Made by a program: the position numbers and the translations under genes. This document shows, in pieces, positions 8,761 to 17,882 of a stretch of 64,000 bases of DNA. This DNA is from an uncultured Candidatus Sumerlaeota bacterium (GTDB lineage Bacteria > Sumerlaeota > Sumerlaeia > MVZB01 > JAJFLK01): contig CAYXAU010000013.1 in the NCBI GenBank assembly GCA_964463045.1, positions 2,188 through 66,187 on the forward strand, written 5' to 3'. Under the pieces are notes generated by a model that was not told where the DNA came from, did not search any database, and saw nothing but the letters and a program-made list of their open reading frames with translations. Within the stretch, counting starts at the first letter, position 1. Every line of letters begins with the position of its first letter.

Positions 8761-10493
8761 CGCCGCCGGCTTTCCGGTTCCTCCCCCGGCCGCGGCAAGG
8801 CCATCCGCCGCACGGAAGCCCGCCCTCGCGCGTTCAACTCCGGCAGAGCCGACCCCAGATCCTGCCAGGGGAGGAGAACGCTCCGCTGGTAGACGTTGCT
8901 GTTGGCGACGTAGATGGAGGTGGCGTCGGAGGCGGCGTGAAGGCTCACGAGATTGGCGGAGCTGCCGGCTCCGCCCCGGGGCAAGCCGATTTCATCAAGG
9001 ATTTCGATGTTATCATCCGTGAAGGCGAATTGGCGGGAGAAAGTGTAATCCGTGCGCGGCTTGCCGGTGATGAGCAACTTTTGCAACCAACGTCTCAATA
9101 GGTCGGAGGCGAAGCGCCCCAGCGTCAGATTGATCGCTCGGAACACGATCTGGCGGGCCGGGGTGGGCAGGCGAACGCGTCGCTCGCACATCCGGCCGGC
9201 GGCCGAGGCGATCCAGCCTCCCTCGCGTCGCCGCTCGGCCCTGATGTGATAATCATCGATCAGGTGGGTCACAAGAACGCGGCCGGTCCCCGTGCGGCCG
9301 ATGAGGCCCGCGTCGCTGAACAAGGGACCGGTGGCGTCGAAAACCTTGAGGACCCCCCCCTTGGCGAGCGAGAGGACGGCGTAATAGCGATCGGTTTTTC
9401 TGACGAGCAGGCGGGCCTCGGGAAAGTAACGGTTGAAATTCGGCCGGTCGTTGATCGGCTCGGGTCGTTGCGGGTGAAAGTCGAGATAGGCCTGCAACCA
9501 ATCGTAGATATAGTGGGCGCACATGCGGTCGTCGTCGTTGAAGGAGCGCGTCATCCGAGGCAGGCCGAGCGACAGAAACTGATCCGCGATCTGACCGGCG
9601 CGGGCGTCGAACGGGGCGAGCAATTCAAATCCATGCGGATAGAAGTGGTAAGTGTTGCGGCTGCCGTACTCGCCGCCGTAACTGCCGTCCGGGTGCATGA
9701 AATGCCAGGCGAAGCCGACGGCGGGCCGGAGCAGCCCGCGCAGGCGCTCGGCGAGCGGCGTCCCTTCGGTCTTGCGCATGAGTTTGGCCAGAAAATCGAT
9801 GGTGCAGGTGTGATAACCGGGGTCGGCCCCTTCGTATTCCTGAAACCAACCCTCTTCGGATTGCCATGAGGCGACGATCTCCAGATACCGGTCGCGGGCG
9901 CGCTCGAAGGCGCAATCCCCCGTGAGCAGCCAGGCGTTGTGGAGAGCGAGGGCGGCGAGGGCCTGATGATTGGCCAGACGGCCGGATTCGTTGTGGTGCG
10001 TCAACCAGCGGGCCCGGCGGGCGAGGAAGGCGATCTCTTCCGAAGGGCGTTCTCCCAGGACGAGACAGGTCTCGCTCAAGGCGTAAAGCGAGAACACGGC
10101 GGCCCCGAGGGCGCGTTCGTAGGGGAAATAATCGTCGCAACTGCCGTCAGCATGGGCCGAGCGGCGGGCGAAGCCGATCGCCGCCAGCGCCAACTCCCGC
10201 AGCCGCTCCTGTTGATAATAGGGGTTGTCGGGAAAGGGATAGTGATGCGCGAGCGCCAGCGGCAGGGCGAACTCCTGAGCCATCCCGCAGGGGAAGTCCA
10301 TCGTGCGATAGTGCCAGTAGGCGCGATCGAAGGAGCCATAGGTGGGACTGTAACGATTGCGATCGACCAGTTGCAGCAGGCGGGGGAGGGCCCGCAACGC
10401 CTCGTCGCTGTAGCGGCGCCGCAGCGCCTCCAGTTCCGGCCTCAAGGGAGAGGCGCCGGCCGGCGGCGGGTCCAAGGAAAAAGTCGCTCCCAT
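8757..10493 (-). CDS. Conserved hypothetical protein, probable alpha/alpha-toroid (lyase/heparinase-like) fold with beta-rich C-terminus
   Basis: 578-aa ORF; motifs DRAYWHYR, NHQALAALAL, EGWFQEYEGADPGY, HPDGSYGGEYGSRNT; stop overlaps the next start (ATGA). Confidence 0.65.
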   Translation of the reverse strand: MGATFSLDPPPAGASPLRPELEALRRRYSDEALRALPRLLQLVDRNRYSPTYGSFDRAYWHYRTMDFPCGMAQEFALPLALAHHYPFPDNPYYQQERLRELALAAIGFARRSAHADGSCDDYFPYERALGAAVFSLYALSETCLVLGERPSEEIAFLARRARWLTHHNESGRLANHQALAALALHNAWLLTGDCAFERARDRYLEIVASWQSEEGWFQEYEGADPGYHTCTIDFLAKLMRKTEGTPLAERLRGLLRPAVGFAWHFMHPDGSYGGEYGSRNTYHFYPHGFELLAPFDARAGQIADQFLSLGLPRMTRSFNDDDRMCAHYIYDWLQAYLDFHPQRPEPINDRPNFNRYFPEARLLVRKTDRYYAVLSLAKGGVLKVFDATGPLFSDAGLIGRTGTGRVLVTHLIDDYHIRAERRREGGWIASAAGRMCERRVRLPTPARQIVFRAINLTLGRFASDLLRRWLQKLLITGKPRTDYTFSRQFAFTDDNIEILDEIGLPRGGAGSSANLVSLHAASDATSIYVANSNVYQRSVLLPWQDLGSALPELNARGRASVRRMALPRPGEEPESRRR

Positions 10494-10655
10494 CGTGGCG
10501 CGTCGCGCTCCGGCCGTCGCCCGGAGCCCGGCTCATGGTGGCTCAGGGGGTGAGCGGCTTCCAGGGATTTGAGGATCGAACCGTCGGGCGGGTGTCGCCC
10601 CCGAGCGGGTCTGTGCTAGGATGCCCGGGCCGTCGCCCCTTGGCCGACGGGACTG

Positions 10656-11324
10656 ATGATGAGCGCATCCACGCCCATCTCCCCCCCGGCCGCGCCCCCC
10701 TGGGAGCCGGAGCTTCGTCTGACATCGCCGGGCGAGCGACTGGCGCCGGAGGTCGTCTTCGGCCGTCGCGCTCGGCTCCTGATCGAGGTGGGGTGCGGCA
10801 ATGGGACCTTTCTGGCGCAAGAAGCGGCGGCGCATTCGGAGGTCAACCACCTGGGGATCGAGCGCTCGGGGGAGTTTTTCGCCAAGACGCGCAAGCGGAT
10901 GCTTCGCCACGGGTTGGCCAACGTTCGCCTGGTCCAGGCCGAGGCGGGCGAGTTCTTCGCTGAGCGCCTGCCGGCGGCCTGCGCCACGCGGATCGTCATC
11001 AACTTCAGCGACCCCTGGCCGAAGCGTCGCCATCGCCGGCGGCGGCTGTTTCGTCCCCCGTTCGTCGAGCACGTCGAGCGCGCGCTGGTCCCCGGCGGCG
11101 AGTTGATCTTTCGCACCGACGTCGGCTGGTATTTCAATTTCGCCGTCGGGCTGCTCCGGCGGCGAGCCGGTTGGACGTTCCTGCGGATCGGGCCCGAGGC
11201 TCCGCTCGCGGACGAGGCCGTCACCAACTACGAGCGCAAGGCTCGCCAGAGCGGCAGCCGCGTCTGGGGGTTCGTCGCCGCCTGGAGCGTCGGGTCGCCG
11301 GCGGCGGACGAGGTAAGGCGATGA
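10656..11324 (+). CDS. trmB: tRNA (guanine-N7)-methyltransferase
   Basis: LIEVGCGNG, LGIE, NFSDPWPKRRHRRRRL, FRTD, TNYERK. Confidence 0.9.
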   Translation: MMSASTPISPPAAPPWEPELRLTSPGERLAPEVVFGRRARLLIEVGCGNGTFLAQEAAAHSEVNHLGIERSGEFFAKTRKRMLRHGLANVRLVQAEAGEFFAERLPAACATRIVINFSDPWPKRRHRRRRLFRPPFVEHVERALVPGGELIFRTDVGWYFNFAVGLLRRRAGWTFLRIGPEAPLADEAVTNYERKARQSGSRVWGFVAAWSVGSPAADEVRR

Positions 11325-12430
11325 GCGCCTCGGCGGTGCCGCGTCCGACGGTCTCGGTCATCTTTGGCGGTCAATCGCCGGAGCACGAGGTCTCGATCCG
11401 TTCGGCCGCGCGCGTGGCCGCCGGGATTGAGGCCACGGGTCAATACGCGCCGGTCCCGATCTATATCACGCCTCAGGGCCGATGGCGCTGGTCGCGGCCG
11501 ACCGACGCGCTCCCGGCCGAGGCGCTCGTTCGCGCCGTCGAGGACCCCGACCTTCTGCGGCGTCATTATCAACCGGGAGAGCTGGATTTCCCGCAGGCGC
11601 TGCTGCACCTCCTTGTTGATGAATACGCGACCCATTTCATCATCCTCCATGGCGTCAATGGGGAGGATGGACGCCTGCAAGGGGCCCTTGAGCTGGCCGG
11701 GCTTCCCTACACGGGATCGGGCTCGGCGGCTTCGGCCCTGGCTCTGGACAAGCCGCGTTGCCAGGCTTATCTGGCCGCCCGGGGGTTGCCGATTCCGCGT
11801 TTCGTCGCGCTGGACCGCCGATCGGCCGCCAGCGGGGACTTTCAGGCGGTGCTCGAACGGGGGTTTTCCTTCCCCTACGTCGTCAAGCCGGCGCTCGGCG
11901 GCTCCAGCGTCGGCGTGCGGATCGCCCGAACGCACGCCGAACTCGTTGAGGGGTTGCATGAAGCCTGGGAGATGGGCCCGGTCGTTCACGTTGAGGAGTA
12001 CGTGGGCGGGCGGGAGTTTACGTGCGGCGTGCTGGAGGGCTCCGAGCCGCAGGCGCTGCCGGTCGTCGAGATTATTCCGCCGGAAGGGCGCTTCTTCGAT
12101 TACGAAGCCAAGTACGTCCCGGGCCTCAGCCGGGAGATCGTTCCGGCCGAGATCGAGCCCGCGCTCGAGGGGCGCTTGCGCGAGCTCGCCGTCGAGGTCC
12201 ATCGGGCCGTCGGCGTCGAAGGCTTTTCGCGGGTCGATTTCATCTGCGGCGCCGCCGGTCCAAAAATCCTGGAGATCAACACGATCCCCGGCATGACCGA
12301 GACGAGCCTGCTGCCGCAGGCCGCCGCCGCCGCCGGGCTCAGCTTCCCCGAGCTTGTGGGGCGGATCATCGAGCACTCGGTCCGCCGGGCCGGCTCCAAG
12401 CCGATGCCGGAGGGCGGGGCTCGGGGCTGA
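11321..12430 (+). CDS. ddl: D-alanine--D-alanine ligase
   Basis: GGQSPEHEVS, LHGVNGEDG, KP..GGSSVG, FDYEAKY, SRVDF, LEINTIPGMT; ATGA overlap with the trmB stop. Confidence 0.92.
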   Translation: MSASAVPRPTVSVIFGGQSPEHEVSIRSAARVAAGIEATGQYAPVPIYITPQGRWRWSRPTDALPAEALVRAVEDPDLLRRHYQPGELDFPQALLHLLVDEYATHFIILHGVNGEDGRLQGALELAGLPYTGSGSAASALALDKPRCQAYLAARGLPIPRFVALDRRSAASGDFQAVLERGFSFPYVVKPALGGSSVGVRIARTHAELVEGLHEAWEMGPVVHVEEYVGGREFTCGVLEGSEPQALPVVEIIPPEGRFFDYEAKYVPGLSREIVPAEIEPALEGRLRELAVEVHRAVGVEGFSRVDFICGAAGPKILEINTIPGMTETSLLPQAAAAAGLSFPELVGRIIEHSVRRAGSKPMPEGGARG

Positions 12431-12453
12431 GGCTCGAAGGGGGCCGGCTTGAC

Positions 12454-12481
12454 TTGCCCGCTGGCCGCCGGCGGTTATAAT
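12454..12481 (+). promoter_or_regulatory. sigma70 promoter upstream of mntR
   Basis: TTGCCC-N16-TATAAT. Confidence 0.55.
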
Positions 12482-12562
12482 GAGCCGGTCAGCGTTCGAC
12501 CCGCATCGCGCCGGTTGAAATCCGTCCCGCGGCGCCGCCCGCGGGGCCCGGGAGTTGCGTTC

Positions 12563-13063
12563 GTGCCGCCGCCGAAAACCAAACGCGGCCCGCGAGGCTC
12601 GTCGGGGACGGGCCCTTCGCTGCGCGCGCGGCCCATCCCTTCGCGGCGCGAGGCGGACGCGCCCGGTTTCAGCCGCACGCGCCGCGACCATCAACGGGAA
12701 CTGGCCGAGGATTACGTCGAACTGATCGACGCGCTGATCGAGGAGAAAGGGGAGGCGCGCGCCGTGGACCTGGCCCGCTGCCTCGGGGTCTCTCATGTCA
12801 CCGTGGTCCGCACGTTGGAGCGTCTCCAGCGCGACGGCTGGATCACGACCGAGCCCTACCGGGCCGTTTTCCTGACCGACGCCGGTCGCGAGCTGGCCGG
12901 TCGCACCCGCGCTCGACACGAAACCGTGCTCCGGTTCCTCCTCGCCGTCGGGGTTCCCCCCACGACGGCGCTTCTGGACGCCGAAGGGATCGAACATCAC
13001 GTCTCGCCTCAGACGCTGGAGGCGCTGCGTCGCTTGACGGAGAAATTGTCCCCTGGCCGATAG
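12563..13063 (+). CDS. mntR: Manganese-responsive transcriptional regulator MntR (DtxR family, short E. coli type)
   Basis: EDYVELI..LIEE.GEAR.VDLA..LGVS..TV, VFLT..G, RHE.V..FL, DAEGIEHHVS. GTG start at 12563 follows GGAG. Confidence 0.88.
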   Translation: MPPPKTKRGPRGSSGTGPSLRARPIPSRREADAPGFSRTRRDHQRELAEDYVELIDALIEEKGEARAVDLARCLGVSHVTVVRTLERLQRDGWITTEPYRAVFLTDAGRELAGRTRARHETVLRFLLAVGVPPTTALLDAEGIEHHVSPQTLEALRRLTEKLSPGR

Positions 13064-13092
13064 GCCCGGGCCGCGCCTCAAGGTTCTTTCCG

Positions 13093-13770
13093 ATGCCGCC
13101 GCCAGCCCCCACGCCGCAGACGCCCGTGGAGGATCCCCAACCCCGCGCCGCCGTCCCGCGCCGAAGTTCGCCCTGGACCTCCCGATGGCTCGTCCTCGTC
13201 ATCTTCGGATGGATCGCGGCTTTCGGGGCCGCCGCCTATTTTCGTTCGTTGCGGCCCCTCTCGGCCAAGGTGATCGAATCCCCCCTCAAGCCGTTCGACG
13301 GCCGCTGGGCGGGCGAGGAGCGGCGCTATCGCTGGGACGGGACGGACCCGACGCGCCGGGAGGTTCGCCTGACCTTTCGCCACGTGGCCGAGCGGGAACA
13401 CTTCCGCCAGGAAGGGCGCATCGAGATCGCCGAACCGGGCGAAGGCGCGCCGGGGGTGGAGCAGGTGATTCAACTGGCGGACTTTGAGCGGCGCGGGCTG
13501 ATTCGACGCCGCCTGCCGGACGCCGGCCGCAAGGTCATCGAATACGAGGGGCGCCTGGAGGCCGGCGCCGTCATCTGGTTCCGTTCCGGTCCCGACGGCC
13601 TGGAAAGCCTGCGCGAATGGGTCGAAGGGGACACGTACGCCCGCGAGGGGGTGATCATCCCGGCCGATCGCGCGGCTCCGCCGTGGATCATCACGGGCCG
13701 GTTCCGTCGCGTCCTGGAGGACGAGCCGGCGCCCCAAGCCGACGGAGCCGCCGGAGCGGCTCGGCCATGA
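13093..13770 (+). CDS. Hypothetical single-TM protein with beta-rich (lipocalin-like barrel) soluble domain
   Basis: TM segment WLVLVIFGWIAAFGAAAYF; PFDGRWAG motif; stop overlaps the next ATG. Confidence 0.6.
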   Translation: MPPPAPTPQTPVEDPQPRAAVPRRSSPWTSRWLVLVIFGWIAAFGAAAYFRSLRPLSAKVIESPLKPFDGRWAGEERRYRWDGTDPTRREVRLTFRHVAEREHFRQEGRIEIAEPGEGAPGVEQVIQLADFERRGLIRRRLPDAGRKVIEYEGRLEAGAVIWFRSGPDGLESLREWVEGDTYAREGVIIPADRAAPPWIITGRFRRVLEDEPAPQADGAAGAARP

Positions 13771-14723
13771 GGCGGTGGACGCGCGGGCTCGCCTTGACCT
13801 TGGCGCTCGGGTGCGGTCTCGAAGCCGGGGCGCAGACGATCGCCGTCGTCCCCAAGGGGACGACGCACGAGTTCTGGCGGACGGTGCAGGCCGGGGCGCT
13901 CAAGGCTGGGCGCGAACTGGGGGTTGAGATCATCTGGAAAGGGCCCCAGCGCGAGGATGACCGCGAGCAGCAGATCCAGCTCGTCGAGGATTTCGTGAGC
14001 CGCAAGGTGGACGGCATCGTTCTGGCCCCGCTGGACGAACGGGCGCTCGCCCGGCCCGTCCGGGAGGCCCGCGACGCCGGCATCCCGACGGTCGTCTTTG
14101 ATTCCGATCTGGAGGGGACCGATCACGTCAGTTTCGTCGCCACGGACAACGACCGGGGCGGCGCGCTGGCGGCTGAGCATCTGGGGGGGCTGCTGGGCGG
14201 TCGCGGCCGTGTCGCGCTGCTGCGGTATCTGCAAGGTTCGGCCAGCAATACCCGCCGCGAGGAGGGCTTCCTGAGGACGCTCCGGGAGCGGTTCCCCGAA
14301 ATCGAGCTGATCTCGTCGAATCTGTACGCCGGGGCGACGGTCGAGGGGGCTTACCAGCAGGCCGAGGGGCTGCTCAATCGGTTCCCGGCCCTGGACGGGG
14401 TTTTCTGCCCGAACGCGCCGGTGACGATCGGAATGCTGCGGGCGCTGGAGGACGCCGGCCGAGCCGGGCGGGTCCGATTCGTGGGCTTCGACGCCACGAC
14501 GCGGCTGATCGAGGCGCTCGTCGAGGAAAAAATCGACGCCCTCGTGGTTCAGGACCCGATGGCGATCGGCGAGATCGGCGTGCGGACGCTCGTGGCGCAC
14601 CTGCGGGGCGAGGCCGTCCCGACGCGGATCGCGACGCCGCTGGCGCTCGTGAGCCGGGAGAACCTCGCTACGCCGGCCGTCCGCCGGTTGCTTGACCCCG
14701 ATTTCCCCCCGCCCGGGGACTAG
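13767..14723 (+). CDS. Sugar ABC transporter substrate-binding protein (RbsB/periplasmic binding type 1)
   Basis: IAVVPKGTTHEFW, DGIVLAPLD, FVATDN..GG, VGFD, LVVQDP..IG; signal peptide. Confidence 0.85.
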   Translation: MRRWTRGLALTLALGCGLEAGAQTIAVVPKGTTHEFWRTVQAGALKAGRELGVEIIWKGPQREDDREQQIQLVEDFVSRKVDGIVLAPLDERALARPVREARDAGIPTVVFDSDLEGTDHVSFVATDNDRGGALAAEHLGGLLGGRGRVALLRYLQGSASNTRREEGFLRTLRERFPEIELISSNLYAGATVEGAYQQAEGLLNRFPALDGVFCPNAPVTIGMLRALEDAGRAGRVRFVGFDATTRLIEALVEEKIDALVVQDPMAIGEIGVRTLVAHLRGEAVPTRIATPLALVSRENLATPAVRRLLDPDFPPPGD

Positions 14724-15009
14724 GGGACCCTTCCGCCCCGGAGCGATGCCATCCCACCCACCCTCTCCCCGCCGTCGACGAATTATTGACGTCGTTGTGC
14801 CGAGACCCCCGGGATAAGGACGATCTCCTCGACGGGGGCCACCTGCGGTCCCCGGCGCAGGGGGAGCGGACAGGGACGCGTATTCACGTTGAAGTTCCGG
14901 CCATTTTCGAGAAACGCTGCGTTGCTCGGAGGCTACTTCTCCCGAGGGATTGCGCGGGGGGTCTGGGCGCCGGTTCCTGTAAGGCGAGTCACGTATGCGC
15001 GTCTATCCC

Positions 15010-15403
15010 ATGGATCAGATTCCGTCCAGCTCCTTCGGGCTCACCGAGATCGGCCAGATCGCCGTGCCGGTGAAGGATCTGGGGCGGGCGGTGGCGTTTT
15101 ACCGGGACGTTCTCGGGATGCGGTTTTTGTTTCAGCCCCCCAGGGCTCGCCTTCTTCGATTGCGGCGGCGTTCGGCTGATGCTCGATGAGCCCGCCGCGG
15201 CTCAGGGCGACGCTCAGAACTCCCTCATCTATTATAAAGTCTCCGACCTGCGGGTCGCCGTCGCCACCTTGACCACCCGCGGCGTCACTTTTGAGGTTGA
15301 ACCCCATCTCATCGCCCGGCTGCCCGATTACGAACTCTGGATGGCGTTCTCCCGCGACCCCGACGGCAACCTTCTGGCGCTCATGAACGAGGTGCGGAGC
15401 TGA
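15010..15403 (+). pseudogene. VOC/glyoxalase-family gene split by a frameshift in a C6 run
   Basis: Frame 1 IGQIAVPVKDL.RAVAFYRDVLG..FLFQPP continues in a shifted frame as GLAFFDCGGVRLML...FSRDPDGNLLALM; the shift is at CCCCCC 15136-15141. Confidence 0.8.
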
Positions 15404-15540
15404 ATCCCGCCCCTGTTCGCCCGAAGTTTGAGCCCTCCGCCCCCCCGGGGGGGATCGCCGCGCGGAGCCAAGCGCGACCCGCCCCGGCCGCCGCCAGGCG
15501 TTGTTGAGGGCGCCGCAGGGGGCCCTGGGCGGTCGAGGGG

Positions 15541-16722
15541 TCAATCGCTGGTGATTTTCGGCTGATGGTCGCGGGGGTAGGAGCCGAGGACGCGCAGATA
15601 GGTGCAGTGGCGGCGGAGTTTTTCGATCACCTTGGCGACGGTCGGGTTGGAGATGTGGCCCTCGATATCGACGAAGAAGATGTAATCCCAGGCGCGCATG
15701 CGCGTCGGGCGGGATTCGATCTTGGTCATGTTGATCTTCCGGTCGGCGAACGGCTTCAGCAGATGATACAGCGCCCCCGGTTCGTCCTTGATCGAGAACA
15801 TGATCGAGGTCCGATCCTGCCCCGAGGGCCGCGAGCGCTGCCGGCCGATGATCAGGAACCGCGTCACGTTGTCCTTTTTATCCTCGATCCCCTCCTCCAG
15901 GATCGTCAGGTGGTAAATTTCGGCGGCCATCGCCGAGCCGATCGTGGCCACCGTCGGGTCGGCCTGGGCCAGCTTGGCCCCTTCGGCCGACGTGGCCGTC
16001 TCGACTTGCTCGACCCCCGGCAGGTTCTCGCGCAGCCAGACGCGGCACTGGCTCAGAATCTGCGGGTGGGTGCAGACGCGGCGGATCGCCGAGCGCGGCC
16101 CGGCGGCGAGCAGGTGGTGACGGATCGGGATATAGACCTCGGCGCAGATCGAAAGTTCATAGTTCATCAGTTCGTCGAGCGTGGCGTGGATGACCCCCCC
16201 CGTGGAGTTCTCGATCGGGACGACGCCATAGTGCGCCCAGCCCTTCTCGACGGCCAGAAAGATGTCCGGAATCGTCTCGTAGTCGACGAATTGCGGGCTG
16301 CGGCCGAACGCGCGGCGGGCGGCGATGTGCGTGAAGGTCGCCTCCGGGCCGAGGAAGGCGATCGTCTGCGGGGCCTGAAGATTGAGACAGACCGAGAGAA
16401 TCTCGCCGAAGACGTTGCGAAGCCCCTCGGAGGGGAAATCCCCCCGGCCGCGCCGCGCGATCCCGTTGAGGAGTTGCAGGTGTCGCCCGGCGTCGAAGAC
16501 GTCCTTGCCCTGAACGGTCTTGAGCTGACCGACGCGGCGGGCGACCTCGGCCCGCCGGTCCAGCAGCGCGATGATGGCCTCGTCCAGCCGGTCGATCTCG
16601 CGGCGGCATTGGGCCAGCGTCCGCGGCGGCGGCAGGTCCTGAGCCGAGCGGGCGGCTTCGGCCACCGCTTCGGCGGCGGCCCGCCGGGCTCGGCCGGTCG
16701 ATCTGGGCTTGGCGGGGGTCAT
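15541..16722 (-). CDS. pheA: Bifunctional chorismate mutase / prephenate dehydratase (P-protein)
   Basis: RREIDRLD, IAFLGPEATF, VVPIENST, HPQILSQC, DNVTRF, MTKIESRP, YIFFVD. Confidence 0.93.
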   Translation of the reverse strand: MTPAKPRSTGRARRAAAEAVAEAARSAQDLPPPRTLAQCRREIDRLDEAIIALLDRRAEVARRVGQLKTVQGKDVFDAGRHLQLLNGIARRGRGDFPSEGLRNVFGEILSVCLNLQAPQTIAFLGPEATFTHIAARRAFGRSPQFVDYETIPDIFLAVEKGWAHYGVVPIENSTGGVIHATLDELMNYELSICAEVYIPIRHHLLAAGPRSAIRRVCTHPQILSQCRVWLRENLPGVEQVETATSAEGAKLAQADPTVATIGSAMAAEIYHLTILEEGIEDKKDNVTRFLIIGRQRSRPSGQDRTSIMFSIKDEPGALYHLLKPFADRKINMTKIESRPTRMRAWDYIFFVDIEGHISNPTVAKVIEKLRRHCTYLRVLGSYPRDHQPKITSD

Positions 16723-16798
16723 CGGCGAGCGCCCCCGGCCAGCGGGGGCCGGATCAGTATGCACACGGTCGGCGCGCTTGCCAAAGGGGGAAAGGGCT

Positions 16799-17749
16799 TC
16801 ATTCGGCCAGCGAAAGGGGCCCGACCGCCATCGATTGTATGATCCGACCGCAGCGGCGCTCGAGTTGGGGGGCGTCGACCCCCTCCAGGCGGCGCGTGGA
16901 AAAATCCTCGACGACGAAGGAGGCCAGAGCGGTGCCCAGGACGACGGCCTGGCGCAGCGTGGCCTCGTCCACGGTCCTCCGCCGCGCCAGATAGCCGGCG
17001 ACTCCGCCGGCGAACGTGTCGCCCGCCCCCGTCGGGTCCAGAACGGATTCGAGCGGCACGGCCGGGGTGGCGAAGAAGCCGTCGGGGGAGAACATGAGGA
17101 CGCCGTGCTCCCCCTTTTTGATGACGGCGCGTTTGAGGCCGAGACGGACCAGCTCGACGCCAGCCTTCGGCAGGGATTCGGTCTCGAACAACTGGCGCGC
17201 TTCGGAGGCGTTCATCAGGGCGACGTCGACGCGCTGGAGGACCTCCAGCAGCAGCTCCCGCTCCTGCTGGATCCAATAATTCATCGTGTCGCAGAGGACG
17301 AGCCGCGGCCGCCGGACCTGGCGGAGCACCTCAAGCTGGAGGGCCGGATGGATGTTGGCCAGAAAGACCACCTCGTCGTCCCGGTAGGAATCCGGGATGA
17401 CGGGGTGGAAGCCTTCAAAGACGTTGAGGGCCGTGAAGTGGGTGATCGCCTCCTCCATGTCCCCCTGGTAGCGCCCGCCCCAACGGAAGGTGCGGCCGCC
17501 GCGGACGATCTCGACGCCGCGCGTGTCGACGCCGTGGGCGCGCAGGCGTTCGAGATGGGCCTCGGGGAAATCCTCGCCGACGACGCCGACGACGTCGACC
17601 GGCGCACAGAGGCTCGCCGCGAAGGCGCTATAGACGGCCGCTCCGCCCAGGGCCTCGGTGACCTCGCCGAAGGGGGTGCTCACGTCGTCGAGGGCGATCG
17701 AGCCGACGATGAGCACGCGCCCGGCGGGGCGGGAAGTTCCTTGCGGCAT
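16799..17749 (-). CDS. PfkB-family carbohydrate/nucleoside kinase
   Basis: VGSIALD, LGGAAVY, CDTMNYWI, IKKGEHG, DPTGAGDTFAGG. Confidence 0.88.
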   Translation of the reverse strand: MPQGTSRPAGRVLIVGSIALDDVSTPFGEVTEALGGAAVYSAFAASLCAPVDVVGVVGEDFPEAHLERLRAHGVDTRGVEIVRGGRTFRWGGRYQGDMEEAITHFTALNVFEGFHPVIPDSYRDDEVVFLANIHPALQLEVLRQVRRPRLVLCDTMNYWIQQERELLLEVLQRVDVALMNASEARQLFETESLPKAGVELVRLGLKRAVIKKGEHGVLMFSPDGFFATPAVPLESVLDPTGAGDTFAGGVAGYLARRRTVDEATLRQAVVLGTALASFVVEDFSTRRLEGVDAPQLERRCGRIIQSMAVGPLSLAE

Positions 17750-17882
17750 GACGGTCCGGTCCCTCCAGCGCTGCGGAGGATCGGCTCGGGGGCGTCGTTA
17801 AATCAAGCGTTGGCGCGCCGGAAGCTCAATGGGAATCTCCAATCCGGCGGGCGTTCCCGCTCTGGTAAGATGGCCCCCGCCG

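Noticed and set aside
11228-13081. Long alternative-frame and antisense ORFs (for example 11228..13081, 16709..18178, 43161..45242, 62689..63966)
   Set aside because: Shadow ORFs expected in ~70% GC DNA; they overlap well-supported genes, are Arg/Gly/Pro-rich and carry no family motifs.
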